IMG/VR virus record: IMGVR_UViG_3300027782_000083
Span: 1-63,002 of that record
DNA length: 63,002 nt
Source of the DNA: a virus
Taxonomy: Duplodnaviria > Caudoviricetes
Strand: one strand, 5' to 3'
In this document: positions 48,501 to 58,131 of the stretch, piece after piece
Layout: each line of letters opens with the position of its first letter
Position numbering within the stretch: position 1 is the stretch's first letter
Translations under genes and position numbers: made by a program
The notes under the pieces: generated by a model
Told to the model about the DNA's origin: nothing
The model's database searches: none
What the model saw: the letters and a program-made list of their open reading frames with translations, nothing else

Positions 48501-50258
48501 TAACAGAGCGTTTCTGTAGTCTGTTGCCGTTCCTTGATTGTAGGCAGCCTGTAATCCAGCTACACGCCCGTTGGTAATGGCTCTAAATGCTGGAACACTA
48601 GGATCTACATAGGCTGCGTTCTTTGTGCCGTCTGCGTTATGGGAAGGAATAACTTCACCAGCTTCAATAACGCCATACTGGATTGGAACTTTCTTGCCAT
48701 CAGATCCAGTAACAGTATCTGTTCTACCTAAACGGGTAGGATCAATCTCACTACCAGCTACGATAGGTGCGCCTGTTCCATAGTCGCGAGACATGCTGAC
48801 ACGGCTATAGTCTGGCTCATTAGCAATCTTGGTCATCTGAGCAATAGATGCAGGGGTAGATCTATCGCGGTTCTGGATACCTTCCCAGACATTTGTGGTT
48901 GGTGCTGGAGGTATGGGTGGTTGCTCAATTGGGGGAGCGGGAGGGACAGGGGGTACAGGAGGAGGCGTAGTCCCCCTGAACTCGTCAATCATCGCCTGAG
49001 TATCTTGCGATTCAGATGGCGGAGCAGCCATTGTAGGTGCTTCAGGTGGTACTACTGGTTTTTGCCCAAACTTTTGGTTTAGTTGTTGGTATTCAGCTCG
49101 TTCTTCTGGGGTGAAATACCTACCTAATTGACCAGGAATCTTTACTTGATTTCCATTTTCATCAACAGTGATCTGATCTTTAGTTCCCTTGGATATGGCA
49201 TTTAATTCATTCCATCGAGCGCGTTGCTCTTCCTCGGAAGGACCTTGTAACGTATCGGTTGTGCCTGGCTTTACAGGGGTCTGATAGGCTTGGATAGCTC
49301 GTGATGTACCACCAATACCAGCACCAGCCGCAGCAGCGCCAAAGAAGGCTTCTTTGTACTCATTAGCAGCTTCATCACCTGTTAACTCTAAGCCAGCTTG
49401 CCAACGCTCTGCAGCCTGTTCTAATACCTCTAATGGGGCTTCTGCAATAATACCAGCGGAGGCGCCTACAGCAGCGCGCTTACCTACCTTGGCAGCTACC
49501 TGACGGGCAGATAGTTCTTTAATGATTTCTTCGCCAGCTTTCTTGGTTCCAAGACCACCTAATCCAGCGGTAAATCTGTCTGCAAAATATCCCAATGGTG
49601 CGGTTGCACCAGCAGTCATGGCTGCTTTTGTAAGGTTTAGCTCTCTAGGGTCATTTTTTTCTATTGCCTGACGGGTCAAGAAGTTACCAAACTGTTGGAT
49701 TCCGTATGTTCCTATACCAACTAGAGCGCCTACCACTGGGGCAGCAGGTCCAAGAGGAGCAGCTAATGCCGTAGCACCAGCACCAGCGGCTAATGGACCA
49801 GCCATCTGTGGGGCAGACTGAAGAACTTGTTCAGTAATGAAACTAGGGACTTGAGCAGCAGCAGCGCCCAGTCCTTGTTGCTTGTAGATACGTTCAATAT
49901 CGCCAGCGGTTAAACCTGGGGTCTCTTGTGGTTTTGCCTGTTCGCGCTTGATCTCCCGCATTTTGGCTGCGGTCTCAGCATCTGTGCCAGTAATGGCAGT
50001 ACCAGCTAAACCTAGGCCACCAGTTATATCACCAAGCGCTTCAACACCACGCTTGGCAGCGCCAATGTTTCTTTCAATAAAGCCTATGTCTTCTGGTCTG
50101 CGTTGTCCAGATGGGACTTCTGGAACGGTTGCTTCTGATTTTTGTGATGAAAGAAGAGATTGCGTAACTCTTTTGGCAGTAGCGCTAATAACTGATGGGT
50201 CAGTTCCGTCTGGAAACTCTAAACGAGTTCCATCGAATAGCTCAGCGTATACCGCCAT
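42588..50258 (-). CDS. Giant polyvalent (probably injected) protein: ddrB-like ParB, HExxH peptidase, two ART-PolyVal-like domains, LPD38-like C-terminus
   Basis: IQNRDR; MHELLH; two TPQF.K.FG.SK...V.YH.T...KSAIGNTGE units; NLTVNF...YAFFNASVQG. Confidence 0.75.
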   Translation of the reverse strand: MAVYAELFDGTRLEFPDGTDPSVISATAKRVTQSLLSSQKSEATVPEVPSGQRRPEDIGFIERNIGAAKRGVEALGDITGGLGLAGTAITGTDAETAAKMREIKREQAKPQETPGLTAGDIERIYKQQGLGAAAAQVPSFITEQVLQSAPQMAGPLAAGAGATALAAPLGPAAPVVGALVGIGTYGIQQFGNFLTRQAIEKNDPRELNLTKAAMTAGATAPLGYFADRFTAGLGGLGTKKAGEEIIKELSARQVAAKVGKRAAVGASAGIIAEAPLEVLEQAAERWQAGLELTGDEAANEYKEAFFGAAAAGAGIGGTSRAIQAYQTPVKPGTTDTLQGPSEEEQRARWNELNAISKGTKDQITVDENGNQVKIPGQLGRYFTPEERAEYQQLNQKFGQKPVVPPEAPTMAAPPSESQDTQAMIDEFRGTTPPPVPPVPPAPPIEQPPIPPAPTTNVWEGIQNRDRSTPASIAQMTKIANEPDYSRVSMSRDYGTGAPIVAGSEIDPTRLGRTDTVTGSDGKKVPIQYGVIEAGEVIPSHNADGTKNAAYVDPSVPAFRAITNGRVAGLQAAYNQGTATDYRNALLNDDLHGIDKNVIEGMQNPMLVRVMPMDQVNANTGDVSNTGAGLSFNIVEQAKNDTNRLDLSTVSFTDAGDVSQQTIRDFIKAMPTTEQGNLIDKQGNPTKQAVERVDAAIFQQAYGNDKLTELAFQARDEEARNIVRALNMAASKAIRLTDAGDYDVRPLVNEAVEIAINARRNNTSLSDAAKQADMTTNPMANQIVQMFADNSRSSKAIGENLSNLFDNAYNEGSKEGADMFGDVPKRPVDQLIKDSFAKKTEPDLFAEVEKVTDPDRNPEEPKQFKSKKPIEQIAKEIEAMTDGSQVAGWLVENAPNEAAKAIADRLLVNIKAIEDSGVPIKIEVLNGSKRRNYYGASGLATGRTKNIQYFKVVFNGLNSKGQAEFEVGTKEAKEGKPTSTTPTGTRYSTLMHELLHVISQVQLDALIKRNFKGPEKVIYNELRSIYNAVKDQIESQKRDLPKSQWHPLLNEVGRKNNRSILTDIHELFVRALTEKNVQSYLSTVNMGKKTALTKLMEVFRKVIGLNPDYQSALDRIMIVSDQIFAQTPKDMQRLAQTEGYDFPTMKKEGLTIKTDTPQFKKFFGDSKVVNEDGSPKVVYHGTDKPDFDIFDPASWFSDSPLESSAYAQTDLLKRRQNALTKFKLSDDTSMAGKTVPYAGILSDHDNPQVGKYYGTDDGVYKYLGKGKWEALSKVDVDYDAVTDPYTENITLKKVDSSAAVERVNNYIRDYGTGTEGERGRVYPVYLSIKNPLRLSALEANRFSERTGMSRKDIQDQINKWKAQGYDGIITTSDEATMSIDARDELGGIPEQYIPFDSNQIKSAIGNTGEYSTTDARIQKEAALEEEPTLKTNTPQFRKWFGNSKITNEDGSPMVLYHATAKDLSILKPGGFDVKMSGPAIWMSDRSDIQPAMHNIGSMTEPFREGANVMPLYAKIENPLVLDDDAMLDWARKSFANGSKEFPELISKEYADAIKAEGYDGIIYATTDPDNKPYNEIIAFQSNQLKSAIGNTGEFNPEVADIRYEEVGKDGQEKPTKEARNYLGQKVQANWAFPEDNIKHFGGISDEAIDNFIYKIQDKQIDTKRAQQAIEKAAGEIEENLNVYQKEQLYHGRTATGIREFLLNELMPAIKNLNKLKLTPQDLKEYLHNRHAEERNNKMNEVNKKDPITGKERETPWELQDRASGISTKDAREYLAKLDPQKKAALENVAKQFDNMIKKTQNILVASGAESQATIDAWNDTYEHYVPLFRIEDDFAKTGGLGATGASKGFGVRGKFSKRAMGSEKEVQDILGNLIAQRERALIRAEKLKVGKALYGLALMNPNPGFWLPVNPDAIKSKDALLEELRRLGFDDAEAIAKNLMDEPKTRYISKERKQFTDPQTGLPIEFTEESVKLKIDNLKRFGDNVFPVRIDGKDRYIFFNKNDPQAQRMVHSLMNLDADNLGTIEGIIGKVTRWFAAVNTQYNPIFGVVNLIRDVGGANVNLSTTAIAGEQAKVTKNIFPAMRGILNVLRDERKGKTDTTGKWAKAFQEFRKEGAQTGYRDSLIRTDEDKQIVEDELKKLKPGGNTKKAFKAIIGALSDFNDMMENSVRLSAYMVARDKGLSKQQAAIVAKNLTVNFDKKGQLSARVNAYYAFFNASVQGTARLAQTLRGPKGKAIIGGGIALGTMQAIMLAAAGYREDEPPEFIRERNFIIPMPDGKFVTIPYPLGLHILPNLGRITTEFVLNGGKDAGKKVASLTGAFAGAFSPIGSSGLSLQTVLPTIADPFAALESNKDAFGRPIYKEDRATNPTPGYMRSRETASEISKQISYFLNLASGGTKYSKGFISPTADEIDYVVGQVTGGAGRELMKTEQTIKSAITGEELPSYRIPLAGRFYGETQSNAAESQRFYNNIVKMADHENEIKGRIKNKEPVGPYLKEYPEARMWQMANTVENQINALNKQKKEFIERGLPKDRIKRIENQKATIMKRFNDQLEKYEE

Positions 50259-50269
50259 AATTTACACCT

Positions 50270-52381
50270 TTAAACAGGGTTGCCGTTCTTATCAAATTTC
50301 ATTACACCTGGGGTTTTTGTAGCCGCAGGGGGACTGCCACCAAAAATTCTGCTAAAGAATCCTGGTTTCTCAATCTCTGGTGGAAATTGTACCTCAGCTG
50401 GCGCAATGTATGGACGCTTGATACCAGCTTGGTCAAAATAAGCCTTTTTAATTGAGTTAATGGCATCGTTATAAGCCTTGTACTTAGGATCTCCTGGCTC
50501 ATACATATCGCGTTGTTTATAGAGTAATGGCAGTTGATCGTCTTGATTAATCAAAGCTTGAACTTTTAATAAAGATTTATCATCAGCACCAGCAGCAATT
50601 TGAGAAGCCAATAACTTTCTGTTATATGCCTGACCAAGTGCAGTTTGCATCGCATTTAGATTACCTACATCGCGACCATACTTAGCCTTCTCTTGTTCAA
50701 CACTCTGTGTAAGTAATAACTTATTAAGTTCATTTTGTTTTTCAGCGCGTTTGCCATAAGCGCCAAGACCTTTTTCAGCGCCATAAGCAAAATTAGATAG
50801 TGCATTTGAGCGCAATGATGGGTCTGGACTGCCTTGCATTGCACCTAAACCAGCATAAGTTAGCGCTTCGTAAAAAGCTTTATCTTTACTATCTGCAATT
50901 TCTTTTTTAATGTTTTCTTCTGCTGCTTTTGATTTTTCAAAAACGTTAGCATTTTCATACAAATTCTTATATGCAGCAGCTTCTCTTTCTTCTAAAGATC
51001 TGATGCGCTCATCAAGAGCATCTGAAGGACTTAGTTTTTTAACTACATCGCCAGTTTTAAAGGCTACGATACCGCCACCAGCCATTTCCTCTGGAACCAT
51101 ATCTCCTGTAGCGATGCTGGCAATACCAGAACGCAAGGCTGGAGCCATGATCTGATCCGACTCAGGGTTCATCTCCATGCGTCTACGGATCATTAACTGC
51201 TTTTCAATCATGTCTACTTCTAAAGGCGTTAAGCTAGGGTTATCAAGTAACTCTGTTAACTGTCTGGTGTTCATTGTCTTAATATCACCGCCAGTAGCAT
51301 AGGCTAGACCACCCTTAGCCATCTCTTTAATCTGACCGCCTTTGGCTTTGAATCCACCTGACATGCCGTAGATACCTAGGGCTGACATACCTAGGCCACC
51401 AAGCTGGGAGGCTGTGCTTGGAGGAGCTGTATATACCTGTTGAGCAGCCTGAGATAACGGAATACCACGGGTCATATCCGACATAAATGCCAATTGCTGA
51501 TATGGGTAGTTACGCTGTTTGAGGAAGTCTTGATATGCCAAGTCCAGACCTTGCTGAGCCTGAGCTTGTTGCACAGCGCCTACTTGTTGTTGAGCTGCAT
51601 TAATAGCTTGTTGCTGACCAAACTGAGTTTGACCAAGTTGACCCAAAGTACTGGCTCCTTGGAGTGCCTGTCCATAACCTTGTAAGCCAGCGGTTGTACC
51701 AAACTGTTGAGCCTGTTGAGCAGCTTGGAAAGCGTTCTGAGTTCCAGTGGCTTGAATGTTTGCCATCTGTTGTTGAAGGTTGCGATTTCTTTCCTGCTCA
51801 GCCAATAGCTGTCTAGCACCGCCATATGTTCCTTGACGGGCAGCACCAAGATTTGCACCAATGTTACGCATCTGGGCGTCACGGAATGCCTCATTTTTCT
51901 GAACGTCTACGACATTCTGCATGTAAGGAGACATATAAGCAGCAGTCGCATTAGGGTTAGTAGCCATGTTGCGATAGTCTGCTCCTGCGCCTAATGACCC
52001 TAAGCCAGCTGCTCCAGCCATGGCAGTTCCAGCGCCAACCTGACCAGCTACCTGTTGGTTAGCCACATTTTGGAATACCCGTTCTTGCGTGGGATTAAAC
52101 CCAGCAATCCGCTGACCACCGTAGGCTTGATATGGATTTTGGTTAATATCTGTGAGAGCCTCGGACTTACCCAGCATGGTCTCAACATATGGGCGGGCAT
52201 ACTCAGGGATTGATGTTTGAGTAACAGTCTGGCTGGCTGGGGGAGGACTACCGCCACCACCGCCACCGCCCTTACCACCGCCACCACAAATGTATCCACC
52301 ACCGAGCTTACGCTGGGTGACGCTATCGCCTAGGGGCTCACCAAAGGCTTCTAACTCTCTACGAGACCAATTCTGTTTCAT
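50270..52381 (-). CDS. Internal virion/DNA ejection protein
   Basis: Gln/Ala/Gly-rich, YMSPY, MAKGG-type repeats; upstream of the giant gene. Confidence 0.6.
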   Translation of the reverse strand: MKQNWSRRELEAFGEPLGDSVTQRKLGGGYICGGGGKGGGGGGGSPPPASQTVTQTSIPEYARPYVETMLGKSEALTDINQNPYQAYGGQRIAGFNPTQERVFQNVANQQVAGQVGAGTAMAGAAGLGSLGAGADYRNMATNPNATAAYMSPYMQNVVDVQKNEAFRDAQMRNIGANLGAARQGTYGGARQLLAEQERNRNLQQQMANIQATGTQNAFQAAQQAQQFGTTAGLQGYGQALQGASTLGQLGQTQFGQQQAINAAQQQVGAVQQAQAQQGLDLAYQDFLKQRNYPYQQLAFMSDMTRGIPLSQAAQQVYTAPPSTASQLGGLGMSALGIYGMSGGFKAKGGQIKEMAKGGLAYATGGDIKTMNTRQLTELLDNPSLTPLEVDMIEKQLMIRRRMEMNPESDQIMAPALRSGIASIATGDMVPEEMAGGGIVAFKTGDVVKKLSPSDALDERIRSLEEREAAAYKNLYENANVFEKSKAAEENIKKEIADSKDKAFYEALTYAGLGAMQGSPDPSLRSNALSNFAYGAEKGLGAYGKRAEKQNELNKLLLTQSVEQEKAKYGRDVGNLNAMQTALGQAYNRKLLASQIAAGADDKSLLKVQALINQDDQLPLLYKQRDMYEPGDPKYKAYNDAINSIKKAYFDQAGIKRPYIAPAEVQFPPEIEKPGFFSRIFGGSPPAATKTPGVMKFDKNGNPV

Positions 52382-52811
52382 GTTTTACACGCTCCCTAAT
52401 CCAACGACAGTCAGCTTTATTCATTTCTAAAACTACCAAATCTCCACCGTCATCATGCATACCTTCCAACCGCACAACCTCGGTAAAGCCTAATTTCTTG
52501 TCATAATTCATAGCCCTAGTATTAAGACTATTAACTATGGCAATTATTTTCTCTACGCCTAAATAGTTAAAAGGAAAATCAAATGCTCCAAATAATAGTC
52601 CTTTTGGGGTGTACGACTCTACCAAGTTAATAACGTGCATCTGGCAAGTCTTTCCTATAAAAGCCGTAAACCCTACTACCCATTCAATTTTATTTTCTTC
52701 ACCTACCCAAAACAAGGCTTGCAAATCGCCACAAGGTTGAACGCCAACATGTTCAAGCAATATCTCTGCTGCTTTTTGCTTGGCCTCAAATGACTGTGCG
52801 CTCTGTAGCAT
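52359..52811 (-). CDS. GNAT-fold protein in the virion-core module
   Basis: FDFPFNYLGV...NTRAMNYDKKLGF. Confidence 0.55.
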   Translation of the reverse strand: MLQSAQSFEAKQKAAEILLEHVGVQPCGDLQALFWVGEENKIEWVVGFTAFIGKTCQMHVINLVESYTPKGLLFGAFDFPFNYLGVEKIIAIVNSLNTRAMNYDKKLGFTEVVRLEGMHDDGGDLVVLEMNKADCRWIRERVKHETELVS

Positions 52812-54806
52812 TTATGCAGGAAGATACTTCTCAGCTTTAATTTGCTTACCTTGCTTCTTATTGCCTGTTCTAGCCTTACGAACTTTATCCATCATGGCAT
52901 ACAGGCGCTTAGCACCTGCATCAGTAGAGCCGTTCCCTAGATGACTTACTACATCCGCTGGAACAACGAACTCCCCGTCAGCCAATCGTGCGGGCTGTTT
53001 GTTACCAATAACCCCAGGAATAGAATCAGACATACCATCACCAGGACCTTTAAGCATCCTACCTCCATCTGAGTACCCTCCTAAACTAGTCATACCGCCA
53101 GCAGCCATTGGTTGATAGGTTTGATTTGAAGAATCAAATGTATAGCTTGGTCTAGCGTTTTCTCTGCTTGAAAGAGCAGAAAAGAATCGTGAAAATTCAG
53201 AAGGCTGGACCTGTGGTGAAGAAACATTTGTATAAGTTTGATTTGCTTGATCAAATTGATACCTAGGCATTTGCCCTTGCTCTGCCTGACGCATCAAATT
53301 TTCTATCAGCGCTAAACCACCAAAAGAATAGTTCTTTACTGAACCGCCTTCTTCAAATCGTTGGGTGTAACGAGCACCACCCATTCTGCTTCTACCCATA
53401 GGATCTTGTTCATAGAACGCAGACAGGTTGGCATCTTTACCAATTTGACGATCTACACCAACGCCTACCCTACGAACAGAGTCCATTACATTGCGGTCAT
53501 ATGGGGTCCGTTGAATATTAGCCATGGCATTTACTCTTGTTTGAGGGTCAATATTCTGACCGATCTGAGCAATTCCGCCATACATACCTTTTTCTGGATC
53601 TACCATAGTAGGAATAATATTAACGTCTCTTGGCTGACCGCCATAAGCCTGAGCCATTCTGTCGCCATATTGGGCGCCCTCTATCATGCTACTAATAGAT
53701 GGTCGCATTGCCTCTGCATAAGTTGGCATGTTTTTACGCAAAAATTCTTGCTGGTCTAATGCTTTGAGTGTTTTTTCTAGCTCTTTAGTAGAAGCGCCTT
53801 TGATGTTTTTCATAATCATCTTATTGCGTTCTTCATCTAAATCAACATCACCGCCAGCGGCATATCCCATTCCAAACAAACCTTTTTGTAGGTTGCCCTG
53901 ATCCATGCCCATAGCGGAGTAATCACCGCCTAACTCATCGTCATAGTTCCTCATAATGCCACCACTAGCGGCAGCAATTGGATTGCTAGATGGCAAAGGT
54001 ACGTTAGGATTAATAGCACCAGTCTTTGCTGAATATGGTTGCATCGGAGTAAAGCCCTGATCAAAGTAATTCCGTTCTCTGGAATCAATGATTGGATTAC
54101 CTGATGACTCATATCTTGCCGTAGCGTATGGCGCTGGATAATTACCTGTGGGTGTCGTTGGGGTTGAGGTATATTCAAATGGTCGAATACTGCCAGGATC
54201 AGGCATTGTTCCCGCCCCTGGACCCTTTTGCTTGCCACCAAGTAAAGACAGGGCTGTAGTTCCAGCTAGACCATATCCGAGCATTTTCATTCCACTTGGT
54301 CCAGATCCAGCAACTGGGGCTGCTCCTTGAGCAATCATTTGCGGTGTTACTACATCAGGAGCAACTGTCATGCCAGCGCCTCTAAGCGCAGCAGCTCCTT
54401 CTGGATAAACACCTTGAGCGGCAGCTGCCGCCTCAAACGCTGCTGGACTTGAAGAAGCTGTTAAACCTTGTGCAGCTTGTAGCGCTGGAGTTGGTGTAGA
54501 AACTGCGGTTGCTGCTGGTCCAGGCGTAACCATCGGCACTGTCCCTGCTGGCCCTCCCCAGAATGGCCCAGCCATTAATGCTTGAGCTTCTGCACCACCA
54601 AGACCAAATGCACCCAATCCATATGCTCCAGCACCGCCAATAAGACCGCCAGTAAGCATACTGTTCAGAATATTTCCGTCACCAGTAACGGCACTGTATA
54701 AACCGCCAACACCAGCACCAATTAATGCACCACCGCCAATAATGGCTGCTGTGCCACCTAGTCCCACTGCTGTGCCTACTGTAGCTGCTACGCCAACGAA
54801 TGCCAT
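52812..54806 (-). CDS. Internal virion/ejection protein
   Basis: Gly-rich hydrophobic N-terminus; GPGDGMSDSIP...ARLADGEFVVPADVVS. Confidence 0.6.
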   Translation of the reverse strand: MAFVGVAATVGTAVGLGGTAAIIGGGALIGAGVGGLYSAVTGDGNILNSMLTGGLIGGAGAYGLGAFGLGGAEAQALMAGPFWGGPAGTVPMVTPGPAATAVSTPTPALQAAQGLTASSSPAAFEAAAAAQGVYPEGAAALRGAGMTVAPDVVTPQMIAQGAAPVAGSGPSGMKMLGYGLAGTTALSLLGGKQKGPGAGTMPDPGSIRPFEYTSTPTTPTGNYPAPYATARYESSGNPIIDSRERNYFDQGFTPMQPYSAKTGAINPNVPLPSSNPIAAASGGIMRNYDDELGGDYSAMGMDQGNLQKGLFGMGYAAGGDVDLDEERNKMIMKNIKGASTKELEKTLKALDQQEFLRKNMPTYAEAMRPSISSMIEGAQYGDRMAQAYGGQPRDVNIIPTMVDPEKGMYGGIAQIGQNIDPQTRVNAMANIQRTPYDRNVMDSVRRVGVGVDRQIGKDANLSAFYEQDPMGRSRMGGARYTQRFEEGGSVKNYSFGGLALIENLMRQAEQGQMPRYQFDQANQTYTNVSSPQVQPSEFSRFFSALSSRENARPSYTFDSSNQTYQPMAAGGMTSLGGYSDGGRMLKGPGDGMSDSIPGVIGNKQPARLADGEFVVPADVVSHLGNGSTDAGAKRLYAMMDKVRKARTGNKKQGKQIKAEKYLPA

Positions 54807-54807
54807 A

Positions 54808-55227
54808 TTATTTCCCTCCCTCTAACAGAGGTTTTGAGTTATCTACACACATATTTTCCAGCTTTTCTATATCCGTTTCAGGGGTTGAATAGATGTTCTG
54901 AAAGACTACTGTTTCTATGATGTAAGCCACTTTGCGACCTGGCTTAGCCATAAAGGTCATCGGAGCTACCAGCTCTTGGGTTGTGCCGTCTTCTAATAGG
55001 ATTCTCATCCGACCAGACACCATATTGCAAAGATGCTCCATGCGATGGTGCTTGCCAATAATCAAAGCGCCAGCAGGCATGGTCACTTCTTTGATATAGA
55101 TATTCGGTCCAAAATGATGCTTCTCTTCGCACTTAATCTGAGGCTGGGCAATAGCTGCCTCATAAAGCGTATTGACCTTCTGCTCTAGGATAGAAGGCTC
55201 TTTAGGCTTTAGTGCGAGTATTGTCAT
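54808..55227 (-). CDS. Cupin-like protein
   Basis: HHFGPNIYIKEVTMPAGALIIGKHHRMEH...GRK. Confidence 0.55.
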   Translation of the reverse strand: MTILALKPKEPSILEQKVNTLYEAAIAQPQIKCEEKHHFGPNIYIKEVTMPAGALIIGKHHRMEHLCNMVSGRMRILLEDGTTQELVAPMTFMAKPGRKVAYIIETVVFQNIYSTPETDIEKLENMCVDNSKPLLEGGK

Positions 55228-55751
55228 ATAGTAGCCTTGAACTTGTACTTAGGATCATCAGACCGCATTACCTTTGCTCCTAATTGTTGGAACATTTGGA
55301 TTGTTATTGGTGCTGGTATAGAGTCGTAAACTGTAGTAATACCTTTATTCTTCAAGTACTTATAGAAATACTGCATATCATTAGCAAGATCTTTCATTGT
55401 CCCGACTGTAAAAAAATGAATCTGCGCAGTGTCTTTTCCTAATGGTTTAAAGCCCATCACTGAGCTCTCAAATGGAATTAACTGGAGACCATTTTCAATC
55501 TCCTTCTGTACTCCAGCCATTGCTGGTTCTACGGGTAAACCCTTATTCTTAAAGTAATTAGAAATTACTTTCATTATTTGAATTTGTTTAATATTCTCAT
55601 TGGCAGCGGTCAATCCACCTTTTGCCATACCTTGCGCTGGCATTTGAGGCATTGGTTGCTGTGGCAGCGCAGTTTGAGGAGCGCCAGCTGGTCTCGACAT
55701 TATTTGAGATTGATAGGTAGGCGTGTCTATTAAACTGTCAAAGAAGCTCAT
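55224..55751 (-). CDS. Hypothetical protein (MAKGG motif; possible GNAT-like C-terminus)
   Basis: Pro/Gln-rich N-terminus and MAKGG, then a globular domain. Confidence 0.45.
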   Translation of the reverse strand: MSFFDSLIDTPTYQSQIMSRPAGAPQTALPQQPMPQMPAQGMAKGGLTAANENIKQIQIMKVISNYFKNKGLPVEPAMAGVQKEIENGLQLIPFESSVMGFKPLGKDTAQIHFFTVGTMKDLANDMQYFYKYLKNKGITTVYDSIPAPITIQMFQQLGAKVMRSDDPKYKFKATI

Positions 55752-55785
55752 ATGGGCCTTACAGGGTTAAATTGATTAAAGTTCA

Positions 55786-56085
55786 TCATGTAATAGTCAC
55801 CGTTACCGTCCCCACACTAGCTGTGGCTGATACTCCAAATAGATAAGAAATATAAGGTACAACAATCCGCAAGTCTTCGCCAACTTGAAATACAGTGCCG
55901 TCTGGCAAATTGTACCCCGATGTTGGTAAATTTAATAGCCTGATCCCGTCTGCCTGTAAAGGCACATTGGAGTCTAACTGGGTAAAATATAGCCGTAAAA
56001 CGCTGATTAACTGAGAAAGCTGTTGCTGATCGTAATCTGGTGTCGCAAGCGGAAGAGCTGGCGCCCGAAATCGTTGCATTGCCAT
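55786..56085 (-). CDS. Tail-associated protein
   Basis: APALPLA...LRLYFTQLD; ends SATASVGTVTVT. Confidence 0.5.
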   Translation of the reverse strand: MAMQRFRAPALPLATPDYDQQQLSQLISVLRLYFTQLDSNVPLQADGIRLLNLPTSGYNLPDGTVFQVGEDLRIVVPYISYLFGVSATASVGTVTVTIT

Positions 56086-58130
56086 TATCTGCGCCCATCT
56101 GGTCTACCGTCTAAACGAGGGCTACCTAACTGCCACTGGACGTTTAAGTCTGTAGAGGCAATCTCAATAGCCATCTGTCTAGCCCTAGCCCGCATGAAGA
56201 TCTGTTCGGTAAAGACGTCTACGGAGGTTTCAATGACTTGCTCAGAATCTATGTTGGAATAAGCATTTCCAGGAAAGTTGCGTGGTTTGATATACATAGT
56301 CACCGCAGGCAAAGTGGCAGTTGACCCAGTAAAACTAAGGTCAGGAATAATTCGTTTAGTCAAGATAAACTGATCTCCGTCTACCAAATCAAAGTCTGAA
56401 GACGAAATAAACGATGTCATTGCTGTAGTGTCGTCATTTAGACCCTGCTCGTGGTTGTAAATAATACTGTCAGCCGTTATAGCGGTTGATACAACACTTT
56501 GAGAAATATTGACGGTGTAAGTCCCAATACCACCTGTTCCAGTTCCTAAAGCCGTTATAGTGGTTCCTACTGCTACGCCAGTACCTGAAATGACTGAACC
56601 TACTTGTAAGATGCCTACCGAGACCGCAGTGACTGTCAAAGTTGTAGAAGCAATAGAACCTGTAACATAGGTTCCTGTGACCGCTTGAGGGTATTCCCTT
56701 AAAGACGAGTCTGACCACGCAGTACGATCTATCGTGCCGTAGTACCAAATCTTCTCTAAATGGTTGTAAATGACGTAGGCGTTATTGATTTGACTATCTG
56801 CCGTTGGGTAGAACCACCATATCTCGTTCCAGCCCTCATTGGTTCCTGAAATAACTTGATCGGCTTGGTCGTAGTTAAAGTTTTGAAAAACGTGGTTTCT
56901 TAGGGTACAAGGCAAAGTCTCAACCCGTCCTGTGTAGGCATAGAACTTATCATGACCCATCCAATAAGCGGTGTTATTTACGGCTACAACAGCACGAGGA
57001 CCAATAATAGAAATATTGTCCGAAAGCTCATTAAGACTAAAGACGTCTGTGGTTCCTACAAACTGGAGAGAATTTAAAGTTCCTTCGGTATAGACCAAAA
57101 TCTCTTGACGGGTTGCTATAGCACAAACAATTTGAGAACCACGAGAAACCCGTATAAAACCTGCCGAGTTTGTAACTAAAGGCGTCCAGACGTTAGGTTG
57201 ATCTTGAGTAGCCCAGCGGATTAATAGAGGGTCAAATGAACCTCCTCCATAAGGGGTAGCACCAAAACAAAGTAAGTGTTTGTCATTTTGAGAGACTAAA
57301 ATCTGCATCGCCTGTGTAGGCACATCAGCTGGGGCTACTCCATTTATAGTTGTGGTAGACAAAAGAGTGGCTCTTACTCCCGTTCCTCCAGAATATTGCC
57401 AATAATAGATAGCTCCGTTACGGATATTAGCGACTAGATCATTGTCAAAGTTTTGTAAAAACCAATCCCGTTGAGGATTAACCACTGGTGTAGCACTTCC
57501 AGAACCCCAAGCACCACGACTCCACGTGCCTGCTCCCCAACCATTTCCAATAGAAGCATTGTTATTTCCTACGGGAATTTGAAAGGCGGCTGTAATTCCA
57601 GTCCCGCCTCCAGAAGTTGAAGATGTAGCAGCAGTTGCAGCGGTAATCGTAAAAGAATTGGCGGTAATTTGATCGACAATAAATTCAGTATTTAGGTTAG
57701 CCGCACTAATCCCGCCTACCGCTGTTGCACCTGAAAATGTAACATAGTCTCCGTCAACAGCTCCGTGGGACGTAATTGCAACAGTAACGGTTTTAGAGCC
57801 ATTAATTGTAGTAAAGCAATTGTTAGTTGTAGGGCTGATAAAAGTCTGTCGGATGGGCGTAATGTCATTCAGAATCTGACCCGCTTCAATGTAAAGTTTT
57901 TTAGATGTCCCAAGGGCTAAGAAGTTATCCGAAGCTGTGGTAATCCAATTAAACATCTGACGGCAAATACCTGCTACTACAAATGTTCCGTAACGTAACC
58001 AACCACCTATTTTCTGTGGGTAGCCAGAGCGAAAGCGAATTTTGTCACACTCGTAGAAACCACCCTCGTTTGTATAGTTGGTTTGGTCTCGGTTGACACC
58101 TGGTTTGAACTGTAGTTTTTGTAGTGGCAT
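56085..58130 (-). CDS. Tail tubular B/DNA-stabilisation (P22 gp10-like) protein
   Basis: [35 protein letters not shown]...WQLG. Confidence 0.65.
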   Translation of the reverse strand: MPLQKLQFKPGVNRDQTNYTNEGGFYECDKIRFRSGYPQKIGGWLRYGTFVVAGICRQMFNWITTASDNFLALGTSKKLYIEAGQILNDITPIRQTFISPTTNNCFTTINGSKTVTVAITSHGAVDGDYVTFSGATAVGGISAANLNTEFIVDQITANSFTITAATAATSSTSGGGTGITAAFQIPVGNNNASIGNGWGAGTWSRGAWGSGSATPVVNPQRDWFLQNFDNDLVANIRNGAIYYWQYSGGTGVRATLLSTTTINGVAPADVPTQAMQILVSQNDKHLLCFGATPYGGGSFDPLLIRWATQDQPNVWTPLVTNSAGFIRVSRGSQIVCAIATRQEILVYTEGTLNSLQFVGTTDVFSLNELSDNISIIGPRAVVAVNNTAYWMGHDKFYAYTGRVETLPCTLRNHVFQNFNYDQADQVISGTNEGWNEIWWFYPTADSQINNAYVIYNHLEKIWYYGTIDRTAWSDSSLREYPQAVTGTYVTGSIASTTLTVTAVSVGILQVGSVISGTGVAVGTTITALGTGTGGIGTYTVNISQSVVSTAITADSIIYNHEQGLNDDTTAMTSFISSSDFDLVDGDQFILTKRIIPDLSFTGSTATLPAVTMYIKPRNFPGNAYSNIDSEQVIETSVDVFTEQIFMRARARQMAIEIASTDLNVQWQLGSPRLDGRPDGRR

Positions 58131-58131
58131 A

